From NCBI GenBank assembly GCA_903893545.1, contig CAITMJ010000033.1, positions 8,069 to 72,068 of the forward strand: a stretch of 64,000 nt of DNA. Direction: 5' to 3'. The stretch comes from an uncultured Chlamydiae bacterium. GTDB taxonomy: Bacteria > Chlamydiota > Chlamydiia > Chlamydiales > SM23-39. Numbering within the stretch: position 1 is the stretch's first letter; each line of letters opens with the position of its first letter. The translations under genes were made by a program, and so were the position numbers. The notes beneath the pieces were generated by a model, which did no database searches, was not told the origin of the DNA, and worked only from the letters and a program-made list of their open reading frames with translations. Shown one piece after another: positions 18,327-29,350 of this stretch.

Positions 18327-19619
18327 TTATGATCTTGTAAAATCGCGAAGAAGTTCGGCAAAGAGTTTGGGAACATTGGCCATGACTTCGGGCGGCTCGA
18401 CATAGGCGATGCGCATTTGCGATTTGCCGGGGTTCATTTCGCCGGGGCGCGAGGAATAGAACCCGGCCATCGGCGCGATAAGCAAGGTGGTTTTAACGCC
18501 ATTTAAAAGCCTTTGCCCTTTTTGGGCACAGTAGAGCGTAAACTCGGTGGCGTCAAAATGGGGACCAAAGAGATTGCGAAGATCAATAACGGTATAGAGC
18601 GCGGCGTCCGGCGAAGATACGATCAATCCCGGCACTTCTTTTTTGAGTCCTGAGGTCACAGTAGTGGCCATTTCCCGATAATAGGCTCGCTGCTGATGAA
18701 ACCACGCTTGGATTTGCGCTTTGGATTCATGGAGAAGAGAGCCGAAAATGTATTGACCTATCACATTGGCGCACAAATTAGCCGTATTTTCAGCGACAGC
18801 TTGCTGATGGAGTTCTTTGTTATCTGTGACTAGCGCTCCGATGCGAAGACCACAGGCATTCCAGACTTTTGAAGCAGATTCGATGCTGATCCGACGGCCC
18901 GTTATTCCGGGAACCTCTTTTTCACCGATGCCCCAGATGCTGCTCGTGCGGCCCGGGCTGTAAAACACTTCGCGATAAGCTTCGTCGCTAAGAATCCAGA
19001 GATTGTATTTTACGCAGAGTTTACCGAGCTCGTTGAGCGTTTCTTGGCAGAGGAATTGTCCGGTGGGATTGTCGTAAGGGATGACCAATAGGGCGCTTGG
19101 ATTACTCTCTTGAATCACTTTCTCAATCAGAGAGAGTTTGGGGAGGGTGAACTTTCCATTTTCTTCGAGATGTCTAGTCACTGCAATGGTGGAACGACCC
19201 GTCCGCTCGGCCATTGAGCTGTAGTTGGAATAGGTTGGGTCGATGAGCAATAAGGGGCGGGGGCCACATACTCCGAGGACGGCGAGCTCCATGGCATGGC
19301 TGCCGCCATCGGTCATTTGACTATACAAACCCTCTTTGGAAAAACCGCTGCATTCGATCAAGTGCAAAATGGCCTGATTGGCCTCTATTTCACCCACTGT
19401 GGTTGAATATTTTACGATGCCCTTTAGGAAAGGGCTATTGGGCGCATCGAGGGAAAACATCCGTTGGACCATAGCAGGGTGCATGGGCAAAGAGACGTTG
19501 CCGATCGCAATATTGATAGCGGTGACCTGGTCGGTGCGCTTTAAGAATTCGATTTGCGTTAAGCGAATGGCCGAGGGAGCTCTCGTTTGAAAGTGAGAGG
19601 AAAGCTGTGGTTTGATCAT
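18327..19619 (-). CDS. Class I/II PLP-dependent aminotransferase
   Basis: 430 aa. SASKVWNACGLRIGALV (PLP-lysine motif) and PYDNPTG. Confidence 0.85.
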   Translation of the reverse strand: MIKPQLSSHFQTRAPSAIRLTQIEFLKRTDQVTAINIAIGNVSLPMHPAMVQRMFSLDAPNSPFLKGIVKYSTTVGEIEANQAILHLIECSGFSKEGLYSQMTDGGSHAMELAVLGVCGPRPLLLIDPTYSNYSSMAERTGRSTIAVTRHLEENGKFTLPKLSLIEKVIQESNPSALLVIPYDNPTGQFLCQETLNELGKLCVKYNLWILSDEAYREVFYSPGRTSSIWGIGEKEVPGITGRRISIESASKVWNACGLRIGALVTDNKELHQQAVAENTANLCANVIGQYIFGSLLHESKAQIQAWFHQQRAYYREMATTVTSGLKKEVPGLIVSSPDAALYTVIDLRNLFGPHFDATEFTLYCAQKGQRLLNGVKTTLLIAPMAGFYSSRPGEMNPGKSQMRIAYVEPPEVMANVPKLFAELLRDFTRS

Positions 19620-19659
19620 TCCTTAGCAATAGAATGTTTAAGAAATTAAAGAAATTATT

Positions 19660-21687
19660 TTAATCAGAACCGGTGGGGGCAAAGGCCGCTTCCGCAGGGC
19701 GGTTTTCAGCCTCGATGCGGATCATATCCCTAAGAACATTAACGGCTTCGTTCATTTGAAGGTCTTCGTCTCCGACCCGGACCTGCTCATCGATCGTGTT
19801 GGCAGGCAGTTCGCTTCTTCGAGTCTCGATCTTTTCAAGGCGGCGAAGGAAAGACTGGTAATCGGAGTTTTTCGCGATCCGGATGGCGCTATTCTTGCGG
19901 AGCTCGGGCAAGATCTTCTTCCAGTAGGGAACAACCCTTTGAAGGAAAGGTAGGTACCTTTTTTCAAACACTTTTTGCGTTTTTTCATCGAGGTCAGTCA
20001 ATGGATCGACATAGGCTGGGCTCACTGAATCTGGGGGAAGTGGATATTCTAGGAATCTCTCGCCGATATTGTAAGGAGCATATTGCGTAGGGACGACGAT
20101 ATCGGCAATGACGCCATCGATCTGGGTGCTGCGCCCAGAGACGGTGTAATAGCGCCCAACGGTGATTTTAAAGAAGAGATCTGCATTGCCATCGGTCACA
20201 GTTTGAAATTGAATGGAGCCTTTGCCAAAGGTTCTTTTGTCGCCAACGACAATGCCAACACCGTAATCTTGGAGAGCCTGTGCGACGATTTCAGCGGCGC
20301 TCGCAGACATTTTCGAGGTGAGGACGACGACCGGTCCGCTAAAAAATTGGCGACCGGCAATGCTGCGAAGATAATGGACGTCGCCTTTGCCATATTTAGA
20401 GATGACAACGACTCCGTTGGAGATAAAAAGACCTGCCACTTTAACAGCCTGGCTTAAGAAACCACCGGAATTTTCCCGAAGATCGAGAACGATTCCACTC
20501 AGATCCCCCCGTTGACTAAATTGCTTAATCGCCTCTTTCATGTCTCGTTCGCTGCTGATGCCATCTCCCCCTTCATAAAACGAATGGAGGGAAATCTTCC
20601 CAATATAGCCATTGCCAAATTTCTCAATGCTCGTCTGGATTCTCTCTTCTTTCATCGCAATTGGCTGTTTTTGAAGGCCTACGGAAAAAGAGGTCTCTTT
20701 ACCGGAGGACCCATCGACCCGTTTAAAGCCGAGTTGGATCTCTCCCTTCCCCTTCTTCTTCAAAACGTCGAGCACTTCTTCAAAGGCTAAGTCGCTGACG
20801 TTCAGTCCGTCGATTGCGACCAATAAATCGTTCAATTGGATCTTTTTAGACTGTTCCGCAGGGCTACCTTTAATCAGCTCAGCAATCACCACCCCGTCGA
20901 CCCCTTCAGAAAGAACGACCCCAATCCCCTCAAACTGCTTTTCTAAGCTCAGGCGCATCTCATACGCCTCTTCAGGGCTAAAAAAAGAAGTGTGGGTATC
21001 TAAGCTTTTTGCAAAAGACTTTAGAATCTTTGTCGCAAGGATATGTTCCTGTTTTATTTTCGAAAGAGGCTCACCAGTAGAGTCTTTGAATAAAACGACC
21101 GATTCAATGCGGCGCATTTTTCGTTCATAGAGAGAAAAAACCTTTGCCTTGCGCTCTAAGGTGTCGAGATTGGCGCGCGACTCATGGAATAGAAAAAATC
21201 GGATCATCCGCATCCCTTGCCGCTGCGTAAGCTCCTCTTCCGTATTGGCATAGCGAGCTTGCGGGACGCCGGATAGGCCGCTCAGATCGATCTTTTGGCC
21301 AAGGAGCTCCTGAGTGAGCATGGAGCGCATCGCCTCGGCGCGGTAAACCGCCCGCTGGAAAAGAGCATTGAGGGAAAGAAAATCAGAGTAATCCCCCGCC
21401 TGCAACCGCTGGATCATCTGGCCGATCTTCTGTTCGCTAAGCTGCAGATAAGGAGCGACTTCTGAGGCGAGGAGGTAGGATTTATCCGGATCGAACTGTT
21501 CGATATATAGCTTGATCGAGCGGCGGACAAGAACGGGGTTTAACTCTTTCATTTCTATGTGAAATGAAAAAAGACGGTCGAGAACGCGTTGAATATCTGT
21601 AATTTTCAAAACTTGAGGATCAGCGGACAACGGGCCAAACCAGCTGCTAAAAAGGAAGATGCAAAGCAACCCTGCTTTTTTCCACAT
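19660..21687 (-). CDS. S41-family C-terminal processing (tail-specific) protease with PDZ domain
   Basis: 675 aa. Signal peptide, DLRENSGGF, catalytic SKMSASAAEIVA, and TFGKGS. Confidence 0.9.
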   Translation of the reverse strand: MWKKAGLLCIFLFSSWFGPLSADPQVLKITDIQRVLDRLFSFHIEMKELNPVLVRRSIKLYIEQFDPDKSYLLASEVAPYLQLSEQKIGQMIQRLQAGDYSDFLSLNALFQRAVYRAEAMRSMLTQELLGQKIDLSGLSGVPQARYANTEEELTQRQGMRMIRFFLFHESRANLDTLERKAKVFSLYERKMRRIESVVLFKDSTGEPLSKIKQEHILATKILKSFAKSLDTHTSFFSPEEAYEMRLSLEKQFEGIGVVLSEGVDGVVIAELIKGSPAEQSKKIQLNDLLVAIDGLNVSDLAFEEVLDVLKKKGKGEIQLGFKRVDGSSGKETSFSVGLQKQPIAMKEERIQTSIEKFGNGYIGKISLHSFYEGGDGISSERDMKEAIKQFSQRGDLSGIVLDLRENSGGFLSQAVKVAGLFISNGVVVISKYGKGDVHYLRSIAGRQFFSGPVVVLTSKMSASAAEIVAQALQDYGVGIVVGDKRTFGKGSIQFQTVTDGNADLFFKITVGRYYTVSGRSTQIDGVIADIVVPTQYAPYNIGERFLEYPLPPDSVSPAYVDPLTDLDEKTQKVFEKRYLPFLQRVVPYWKKILPELRKNSAIRIAKNSDYQSFLRRLEKIETRRSELPANTIDEQVRVGDEDLQMNEAVNVLRDMIRIEAENRPAEAAFAPTGSD

Positions 21688-21931
21688 GCTGACCTTTAGG
21701 GGGGTTAAAAAATGGGAGGCAAAAGAAGTTAGGGTCCCGAATAATCTTTCAAACTTAGCGTCGTAAGCTTCGGCCCGTTCTCTTGTCTCCCAAGGCTGAT
21801 TGTAAAATTAAAATAATTATTTTCGCAATAAATATTAATTAAACAGCGTGAATATAAAACCAAATCTATTATATTAAGAGCATTACACATTAGAAATTTA
21901 CACGTCCAAGACCCTAGAGGCTTAGAATTCT

Positions 21932-21961
21932 TTGCATTAAATTCTCTAGACTTGGTATATT
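21932..21961 (+). promoter_or_regulatory. Candidate sigma-70-type promoter for rpsL inside an A/T-rich leader
   Basis: TTGCAT (21932-21937), 18-nt spacer, TATATT (21956-21961), about 40 nt before the rpsL ATG. Confidence 0.35.
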
Positions 21962-22001
21962 CATCCGAAGAATTTCTATTTTTTTTAGGAGATAGGCACT
22001 C

Positions 22002-22373
22002 ATGCCGACATACAACCAACTCGTTAAGACAGGACGCAAATTTAAAGCCAAAAGACGCAAGTCTCCAGCTCTACATCAGTGTCCACAGCGCCGAGGCGTT
22101 TGCCTCCAGGTTAAGACCAAGACCCCTAAAAAGCCAAACTCCGCACTCCGGAAGGTAGCTTGGGTTCGTCTGTCCAATGGCCAGGAAGTCATCGCATATA
22201 TCCCCGGCGAAGGCCATAATCTTCAGGAACATAGCATCGTATTGGTGCGCGGTGGCAGGGTCAAAGACCTTCCCGGCGTTCGCTACCATATCGTCCGCGG
22301 TTCTCTGGACTGTGCAGCGGTCAAAGACCGTAAAAAATCTCGCTCAAAGTATGGAGCGAAGAAACCCAAGTAA
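22002..22373 (+). CDS. rpsL: 30S ribosomal protein S12
   Basis: [13 protein letters not shown]...[10 protein letters not shown]. Confidence 0.95.
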   Translation: MPTYNQLVKTGRKFKAKRRKSPALHQCPQRRGVCLQVKTKTPKKPNSALRKVAWVRLSNGQEVIAYIPGEGHNLQEHSIVLVRGGRVKDLPGVRYHIVRGSLDCAAVKDRKKSRSKYGAKKPK

Positions 22374-22377
22374 TACC

Positions 22378-22400
22378 AGGATATTGAGATTCAATATCCT
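22378..22400 (+). promoter_or_regulatory. Perfect 10-bp hairpin immediately after rpsL
   Basis: aggatattga-gat-tcaatatcct within the 120-nt rpsL-rpsG spacer. Confidence 0.35.
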
Positions 22401-22493
22401 TGCTCTCGGCAGCCCTTCAAAGAAGAAGGTCGGCCAATGGCAGGCCCTTAAAAGATGGGCCGGGTGAAGAAACTTTTTAGGAGTATTTAACGT

Positions 22494-22967
22494 ATGTCAA
22501 GAAGACGTAGAGCCACCAAGCGGGAAACCCCGCCCGATCCGGTCTACCAAAGCGTCACTTTAGCTAAATTCATCAATAAATTGATGCAAGATGGCAAAAA
22601 GTCGACCGCAAGACGGATCGTCTACCGCGCTCTGGAAAAATTTGCTAGCCGCATAAAAACCGAGAACCCGCTCGAAGCCTTCGAACAAGCAATCGAGAAC
22701 TCAAAACCTGCTCTCGAGGTAAAAACTCGCCGAATCGGAGGAGCCAACTACCAGGTTCCTGTGGAGATTCCAACTGATCGTCGCGTAGCGATGGCAATGG
22801 TTTGGATCATCACACATGCTCGCGCAAAACCGGGCCGAGCGACTGAAGAGGCTTTAGCTTCCGAACTCGTCGACTGCTTCAATAATCAGGGCACGACGAT
22901 CAAGAAAAAAGACGACACTCACCGAATGGCCGAGGCGAATAAAGCCTTTGCTCACTACAAATGGTAA
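22494..22967 (+). CDS. rpsG: 30S ribosomal protein S7
   Basis: 157 aa. GGANYQVPVEI and AHYKW C-terminus. Confidence 0.95.
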   Translation: MSRRRRATKRETPPDPVYQSVTLAKFINKLMQDGKKSTARRIVYRALEKFASRIKTENPLEAFEQAIENSKPALEVKTRRIGGANYQVPVEIPTDRRVAMAMVWIITHARAKPGRATEEALASELVDCFNNQGTTIKKKDDTHRMAEANKAFAHYKW

Positions 22968-22975
22968 AATAAAGT

Positions 22976-25066
22976 ATGAGCCAACGGGCAGAAACAGACT
23001 TGTTACAAAACGTCCGCAACATTGGGATTATGGCCCATATCGATGCGGGCAAGACGACCACGACAGAGAGGATCCTTTTCTACTCTGGAAGGCTCCACCG
23101 CATTGGCGAAGTGCATGAAGGCGCTGCGACCATGGACTTTATGGAACAAGAGAAGGAACGCGGCATCACGATCACGTCTGCTGCGACCACTGTTTATTGG
23201 AAAGATTCCAAGATCAACATCATCGACACGCCCGGCCACGTCGACTTCACCATTGAAGTTGAGCGGTCTCTCCGCGTTCTCGACGGTGCGGTTGCCGTAT
23301 TCTGCGCTGTTGCCGGTGTGCAACCTCAGTCGGAAACCGTCTGGAGACAAGCCGATCGCTACGGAGTCCCCCGCATCGCATTTGTCAACAAATGTGACCG
23401 AACAGGCGCAGACTTCTTCAATGCAGTCCAAACGATGAAAGAGAAGCTCTACGCCAACGCGATTCCAGTGCACTGCCCAATTGGCATGGAAGCAAATTTC
23501 AAAGGGATGGTCGACCTCGTCTCTATGAAGGCATATCTCTTCCACGATGAGACGATGGGAGCCAAATACGACACTGAAGAGATCCCTGCAGATCTTCTCG
23601 AACAGTGCAAAAAAATGCGCACAGCGCTCCTCGAAGAACTCGCAACAGTCGATGAAAGCGACGAAGAGTTCATGATGAAAGTGCTCGACGCTCCCGAGAC
23701 AATCACAGAAGATGAGATCCACGCTGTCATCCGAAAAGGGGTTATCGCACTCAAGTTCACGCCAGTTCTCTGCGGCACTGCCTTCAAAAATAAAGGCGTA
23801 CAGCAGATCCTCGACTGTGTTGTCCGTTGGATGCCATCCCCTCTCGATCGCGGCATGATCAAGGGCCATAAAATGGATACCGATGAGCCGATGGAAATTG
23901 CCCCGTCCGATTCTAGCCCTCTCTCTGCGCTTGCGTTCAAAATTATGACCGACCCTTACGTCGGTAAACTCACCTTTATCCGCATCTACAGCGGCACTTT
24001 GGCAAAAGGGTCTTCCCTTCTCAATACGACAAAAGATAAACGGGAACGCGTTTCTCGTCTTCTCGAGATGCATGCCAACCAGCGCAAAGATAAAGATGAA
24101 TTCTTTACAGGCGATATCGCAGCTTGTATCGGTCTGAAGTACACCACGACAGGCGATACACTTTGCGCAGAAAACAATCCTCTCCTCTTGGAGAAGATGA
24201 ACTTCCCTGCGCCGGTAATTTCGATGGCAATCGAGCCAAAATCAAAAGCCGACCGAGAAAAACTCTCGCTTGCGCTCAGCGCACTTTCTGAAGAAGACCC
24301 AACGTTCCGCGTCTCTACCAACGAAGAGACTGGACAAACGATCATCATGGGCATGGGAGAACTCCACTTGGAGATCCTCCGCGACCGGATGTTCCGCGAG
24401 TTTAGCGTAGAGGCCAACGTCGGAAAGCCAGAAGTTTCCTACAAAGAGACGATCACTGTTCCAGCCAAATCTGAGACAAAATACGTCAAGCAGACAGGCG
24501 GCCGCGGTCAATACGCGCACGTCTGCCTCGAGATCGAACCCAATGAGACAGGCAAAGGCAACGAAGTCGTCAGCAAGATTGTCGGCGGCGTAATCCCGAA
24601 AGAGTACATCAATCCTTGTATTAAGGGGATTGAAGAGGGATTGACCACTGGCGTTCTCGCCGGTTATCCGCTCATCGACACGAAAGTGGCGATTACCTAC
24701 GGTTCGTACCATGAAGTCGACTCGAATGAGATGGCGTTTAAGATTTGTGCATCGATGGCGGTTAAAGACGCTGCGAGAAAAGCAACTCCAATCATCCTCG
24801 AGCCGATCATGAAAGTCGTCGCGACAACGCCGGAAAACTGCGTTGGAGACGTGATTGGCGATTTAAACCGAAGACGCGGAAAGATCCTGGGCCAAGATGC
24901 CTTTAAAGGAACGATCCTCGTAACAGCCGAAGTCCCCTTAAGTGAAATGTTCGGATACTCTACGGTACTCCGCTCGATGACCTCTGGCCGCGCTACCTAT
25001 ACAATGGAGCCGAGCCACTTTGAGCGTGTTCCCACAAAAATTCAAGAAGAAATCATTAAGAAGTAA
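22976..25066 (+). CDS. fusA: Elongation factor G
   Basis: 696 aa. [28 protein letters not shown]. Confidence 0.96.
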   Translation: MSQRAETDLLQNVRNIGIMAHIDAGKTTTTERILFYSGRLHRIGEVHEGAATMDFMEQEKERGITITSAATTVYWKDSKINIIDTPGHVDFTIEVERSLRVLDGAVAVFCAVAGVQPQSETVWRQADRYGVPRIAFVNKCDRTGADFFNAVQTMKEKLYANAIPVHCPIGMEANFKGMVDLVSMKAYLFHDETMGAKYDTEEIPADLLEQCKKMRTALLEELATVDESDEEFMMKVLDAPETITEDEIHAVIRKGVIALKFTPVLCGTAFKNKGVQQILDCVVRWMPSPLDRGMIKGHKMDTDEPMEIAPSDSSPLSALAFKIMTDPYVGKLTFIRIYSGTLAKGSSLLNTTKDKRERVSRLLEMHANQRKDKDEFFTGDIAACIGLKYTTTGDTLCAENNPLLLEKMNFPAPVISMAIEPKSKADREKLSLALSALSEEDPTFRVSTNEETGQTIIMGMGELHLEILRDRMFREFSVEANVGKPEVSYKETITVPAKSETKYVKQTGGRGQYAHVCLEIEPNETGKGNEVVSKIVGGVIPKEYINPCIKGIEEGLTTGVLAGYPLIDTKVAITYGSYHEVDSNEMAFKICASMAVKDAARKATPIILEPIMKVVATTPENCVGDVIGDLNRRRGKILGQDAFKGTILVTAEVPLSEMFGYSTVLRSMTSGRATYTMEPSHFERVPTKIQEEIIKK

Positions 25067-25072
25067 AGGTTT

Positions 25073-25402
25073 ATGGCAACTCCAAAGCAGCAACCAACGC
25101 GTAAAAAAATTAGAATCCGCCTCAAGGCTTTCGATCAGCGCACGCTCGATCGATCCGTGCAGGATATCGTCGAGACAGCAAAGCGCACTGGCGCTCGCGT
25201 CGTAGGTCCAATCCCGCTTCCAACGAAGCGCGAAATCTACACCGTTTTGCGCTCTCCTCACGTCGACCGCAAGTCTCGTGAGCAGTTCGAAATGAGAACG
25301 CATATCCGCATGCTCGATCTTCTCGACCCAACGCTCGATACGATCGACAAGCTGAAAGTTCTTCCTGTCGCCGCTGGCGTCGACATCAAGATCAAAGCGT
25401 AA
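25073..25402 (+). CDS. rpsJ: 30S ribosomal protein S10
   Basis: [14 protein letters not shown]...[18 protein letters not shown]. Confidence 0.95.
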   Translation: MATPKQQPTRKKIRIRLKAFDQRTLDRSVQDIVETAKRTGARVVGPIPLPTKREIYTVLRSPHVDRKSREQFEMRTHIRMLDLLDPTLDTIDKLKVLPVAAGVDIKIKA

Positions 25403-25407
25403 TTCTT

Positions 25408-27342
25408 TTAACGATCTACCGGGTTTAAAGATCCGGTAGATGCGATATAGGCGTTTACAGCCTCTTCTAGAACTGCGAGCGGTGCTGAACCCGTTTTTAG
25501 CACGACATCGTGAAAATCTCGAATATCAAAACGCTCTCCCAAAACAGCCTTTGCCTTTTCCCGTAACTGCAAGATTTTAAGCTGTCCGATTTTATAAGCG
25601 CAGGCCTGTCCTGGAAGAACGAAATATCGTTCGATTTCCGATACGACTTCTTCCTTTGCCATCCCTGTGACTTTTTCCATATACTGAATCGCTTTTTCAC
25701 GAGACCAGCGCTTTCTATGGATACCCGTATCGAGAACAAGGCGAGCTGCCCGCAATAAATCGTATTGCAAATGACCGAGTTGATCAAAAATTGTCGAATA
25801 AAATTTTTCTTCATAGCCCAGCTTTTCCACATAGAGCGCCCACCCTTCGACATAAGCCGTATAGCCCGTTGCAATTTTCCGAAGAAGAGGCAGCTGCATC
25901 TCATTTTGGATCGAGCATTGAAAATGATGCCCAGGCTCGGCTTCATGGACGGCGAGCGTCTCCATCTGGTATTTGGCCAGATTGTTCATATCGCCTAAGT
26001 TGACATAGAACACGCCGGGCCTCGATCCATCGATGCTAGGGGGGTAATAATAGGCTCCAGGAGCTCCCTCTTCCTCGTGTTTGGGAACTTGCTTGATCTC
26101 TACAGCCGCCTCAGGTTTTAGCCGAAAAAGAGGCCATAATGCTTTTCGGCTCCGCTCGAGAATCGCTTCAAACGCTGCGATGCACTCCCTTCTCCCTTCA
26201 GAAGAGTTGGCAAAATAAAACGCCTTATTCTTCGACAGTTCTAAAAGAAGCTCCCCAGCCCCTTTTTTCGGGTCGTCAAGCCCCCCTTTTGCAAAAAGGG
26301 CATGCATCTCCTTTTCGATGCGGTCGACCTCTTTAAGCCCTAAATCATGAATCTCATCAGCTGTCAAATCGGTCGTGGTATGAACCCGCAGGCAATAGGC
26401 ATAGTACTTATCGCCCTGAGGTAGCGCCCAAACTCCATGGTCATATTTGGCCCCTTTTAACATCCCTTCGAGATGCTTTTTAAGCATCCGATAGGCCGAA
26501 TAGACTTTCCCGCCAATTAAAGACTTTGCCTTCGAAAGAGCCGCTGCTTGCTTAGTCTTTTCTTGGAGGTGGAGATAGAAGATGTTTTTCTCTGCAGGAG
26601 GCTGAATGAATCGCTCAATCATCTGGATCGATTTTTCTAGGGCAAACCGCGGCGGCAAAATCCCCATATCTTGCTGCATCTTCAGTAGATCGATGAGCTG
26701 CGAAAACTGCTTTGGGATCTGATTGAGCCGAGAGAGATAATTGGCCACGTCCTCTTCGCTCCCGAACGGATGAAATAACGTGAATAAAACCGTTAAGTCT
26801 TGCACAACGCCAAACATCTGGTTGACAGGATAAGAGTGATAGAGAAACGGCTCTCCCATATTCAGCGACTGGATCATCCAAGAAAATGTCTGGAAAGAGA
26901 GCTTTTGATCCGCGGGAACTTCGCTAAGATTGTATTTTTCGATCGATGCGAAGTTTTCTTTCATCTCGTAAAACCCCTGTTTTAGGGCTACGATCGAAAG
27001 ATCGTCCAAATAGGCATTGTGCTCCCGAATCCCAATCGACTCAAACAGCCCCAAATAACTCAAAAGCTGAGGGCTGCGATTGACTGTCGATATCAGAAGA
27101 CGATCGAAAAAGGAGGAGACCTCTTTGGGGTGCACTTCTTTCCAAGAAGAAATGAGATAGACATTTTGATGATTTTTTATTGCGGTGGCAAGCTCCTCTG
27201 CCCCCGTCTTGTTGTTTTTCCCAATCTGAACGAGCGCTTCCCAATAGAGATCGCTATTTTTTTGATTGGAAAAAACCATTCCTCCATCGTGCCGGTGGTC
27301 GATGATAAGTTCCATGGCAATAGGCGCTGGTACAAAAAGCAT
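25408..27342 (-). CDS. DUF885-family (metallopeptidase-like) protein
   Basis: 644 aa. HEAEPGHHFQ motif characteristic of DUF885. Confidence 0.8.
   Translation of the reverse strand: MLFVPAPIAMELIIDHRHDGGMVFSNQKNSDLYWEALVQIGKNNKTGAEELATAIKNHQNVYLISSWKEVHPKEVSSFFDRLLISTVNRSPQLLSYLGLFESIGIREHNAYLDDLSIVALKQGFYEMKENFASIEKYNLSEVPADQKLSFQTFSWMIQSLNMGEPFLYHSYPVNQMFGVVQDLTVLFTLFHPFGSEEDVANYLSRLNQIPKQFSQLIDLLKMQQDMGILPPRFALEKSIQMIERFIQPPAEKNIFYLHLQEKTKQAAALSKAKSLIGGKVYSAYRMLKKHLEGMLKGAKYDHGVWALPQGDKYYAYCLRVHTTTDLTADEIHDLGLKEVDRIEKEMHALFAKGGLDDPKKGAGELLLELSKNKAFYFANSSEGRRECIAAFEAILERSRKALWPLFRLKPEAAVEIKQVPKHEEEGAPGAYYYPPSIDGSRPGVFYVNLGDMNNLAKYQMETLAVHEAEPGHHFQCSIQNEMQLPLLRKIATGYTAYVEGWALYVEKLGYEEKFYSTIFDQLGHLQYDLLRAARLVLDTGIHRKRWSREKAIQYMEKVTGMAKEEVVSEIERYFVLPGQACAYKIGQLKILQLREKAKAVLGERFDIRDFHDVVLKTGSAPLAVLEEAVNAYIASTGSLNPVDR
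25414..25441 (+). terminator. 9-bp stem-loop just past rpsJ, lying inside the 3' end of the convergent gene
   Basis: atctaccgg (25414-25422) pairs with ccggtagat (25433-25441). No T-run. Confidence 0.3.
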
Positions 27343-27360
27343 AATTCCCTCTAAGAGATT

Positions 27361-29244
27361 CTACACAAACACAAACGACTGTTCTTCTTTTGCGTCAGAC
27401 TCTGTCAAGAGATATACCGATTTTTCGGTTTGAAGTTTAGAAGATAGTTCCAAAAAATCTTCGTTCGATGGAATTTGTGCAAGAACCTCTTGGATCACTT
27501 CAATGCGCTCTGAAAAATCAGCCGTTAATTTCCCACAACACAAAATATAGACGATGTATTTTTCGATTAATATTTTATCTTGGAAAAGATTCCCTAGCTC
27601 GGCATTTTTTTCAGTGAGAATCCTTTTTGCTTTGTCATATTCAAAGTTCTGACAATACCGATCTGCTTTTTCAATGAGATCATTCGCAACCACATGGTGT
27701 ATTTTTGGGGGGCCGCTTTCCAACATCTTGTGAACGCTGCCTTCTCGACAAGAAATGATATAATCTACGTATAGATCGATCCAACTTTTCCATTTAAGTA
27801 GCTGTAATTTAGAACTCCTCTCCCTTAAATACCGCTCGCCCGTTTCACCGGGCACTTCCCGACAAAGTCGCTCTGTTTTGTCGATTAAATAGTCGACCAT
27901 GTAGCCTTCCATTTTAGAATCGAAATTCTCTTGAAGTAAGCCCTGATTCACCCGCTCGTATTGTTCCGTATTCAAATAGGCGACGATTTTAAGAAATCGA
28001 AGACGTAGAGAAAGCTCTGAAATCGATTCGACGGTTTTTAACGCCTGCAATACCCCATCGAAAATTGGCATCGATTCCTGGACTTTTATAACATCTTCTT
28101 CCTTCAAATCCTCAATCGAGTCTAGAAAATCGACGCAGGCTAAATATTTTTCAAGCACTGCAGTGTGAATGACCCAAGAATCTCGCATCGTCTTTTGCAA
28201 GTATTTTTTAGCCGCAGCCAAATTCCCCGCTCTACGAAGCGTTTCCGCTTCTTCAATGGCAAAAGATGCGCGCGTAAGAGGGTAACAGCGGACATTATGG
28301 ATCACCCATCCTAGATTTAAGAGAGAAAAAATCCCCGGCGCATAGGCCGTAAGAAAAAGGCGAGGAACTCCTCCCAATCTGCTAAGCATACTCGCATTTC
28401 GATAGATGATCCTCATCCCCTTTGTTGGCGGCCCTTCAAAGATATCATTGGCCGTTTGCATAAGGGCTCTATGGGCAGGAAAAGAGGGAAGTTGAAGCAC
28501 TGTGTTAGCGATCGCTGAGATATTTGCCGCTGCCGCCATAGAAAAAAGCGCAGTCATCAGTCTATTGGACGACAGGGAGGATTCGAGGATCGATCTATCT
28601 TGTAAAATAGAAAAAGTTTGTTCAGCCAGATCAAGCGCTGCGCCGCTTGCTGGGCAAAGTCGACCCAAAAGAGGAAGCCGCACAGAACTCAAAACAGTCG
28701 TTGTAAAAGAGGCGATATTGAACATCGATAAATCAGAGAATACAAGATGCTGAAACTGATGACCCAAACAAAGTGTTTGCGACACCCCATGAACAATTGG
28801 CTGCCGAACAAACCCTTGAATCATCCGTCCATTTTGGATGATCGTATCGATCGGAATACGCTCTAAAAGAGAAAACATTTCACGAGGAAGGATTTGCCGC
28901 ATTCCGGGGATCCCAAAATCTAACGTATCGATAAAGCAGCTAAACGCTTGGTATTTCCGGGCAACTACATCTGTACTTACGACCGTTCTCCACCCCGAAA
29001 AATCAGGCAATAAGCCTTGCGACATCAGTACGCAATAATCGGAAGGCTGATACCCAAAGAGGCTCCCGCTAAGAGCCCTATTTTCTGGAAACCGCCATTC
29101 TTGAATGACGCGATCCATAACCTGAAAAATTCTATAAGCAGCGCTCTTTGCTTGCAAAACAACATCCAAAGACCCACTCACCTCTTCTGAACGAAGCAGA
29201 TAACGGTCATCGGTCAGTTTCTGAAGATTTACCAAACTATTCAT
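27361..29244 (-). CDS. Hypothetical 627-aa protein, effector/Inc-like candidate
   Basis: No recognised domain. Central hydrophobic segments (LMTALFSMAAAANISAIANTVL; LFLTAYAPGIFSLLNLGWVI) and a helical repeat-like C-terminal half. The gene is visibly A/T-richer than its neighbours. Confidence 0.6.
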   Translation of the reverse strand: MNSLVNLQKLTDDRYLLRSEEVSGSLDVVLQAKSAAYRIFQVMDRVIQEWRFPENRALSGSLFGYQPSDYCVLMSQGLLPDFSGWRTVVSTDVVARKYQAFSCFIDTLDFGIPGMRQILPREMFSLLERIPIDTIIQNGRMIQGFVRQPIVHGVSQTLCLGHQFQHLVFSDLSMFNIASFTTTVLSSVRLPLLGRLCPASGAALDLAEQTFSILQDRSILESSLSSNRLMTALFSMAAAANISAIANTVLQLPSFPAHRALMQTANDIFEGPPTKGMRIIYRNASMLSRLGGVPRLFLTAYAPGIFSLLNLGWVIHNVRCYPLTRASFAIEEAETLRRAGNLAAAKKYLQKTMRDSWVIHTAVLEKYLACVDFLDSIEDLKEEDVIKVQESMPIFDGVLQALKTVESISELSLRLRFLKIVAYLNTEQYERVNQGLLQENFDSKMEGYMVDYLIDKTERLCREVPGETGERYLRERSSKLQLLKWKSWIDLYVDYIISCREGSVHKMLESGPPKIHHVVANDLIEKADRYCQNFEYDKAKRILTEKNAELGNLFQDKILIEKYIVYILCCGKLTADFSERIEVIQEVLAQIPSNEDFLELSSKLQTEKSVYLLTESDAKEEQSFVFV

Positions 29245-29350
29245 AAAGATTACGCGCGGAATTTATAAAGTATAAATTTTATCACACATAGAATTTTTCA
29301 TGCAAAGAAAACACCCGAATATGTAAAATGTTTCACTGGAGAAACTAATC

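Noticed and set aside
21729-22019. A 96-aa minus-strand ORF in the A/T-rich region upstream of rpsL.
   Set aside because: It has low-complexity A/T-driven composition, overlaps the rpsL start and its likely promoter, and has no motif.
23003-24073. A 356-aa minus-strand ORF, plus other antisense ORFs, inside fusA.
   Set aside because: It lies entirely within the highly conserved EF-G coding region and has no motif or Shine-Dalgarno. This is a typical antisense open frame.
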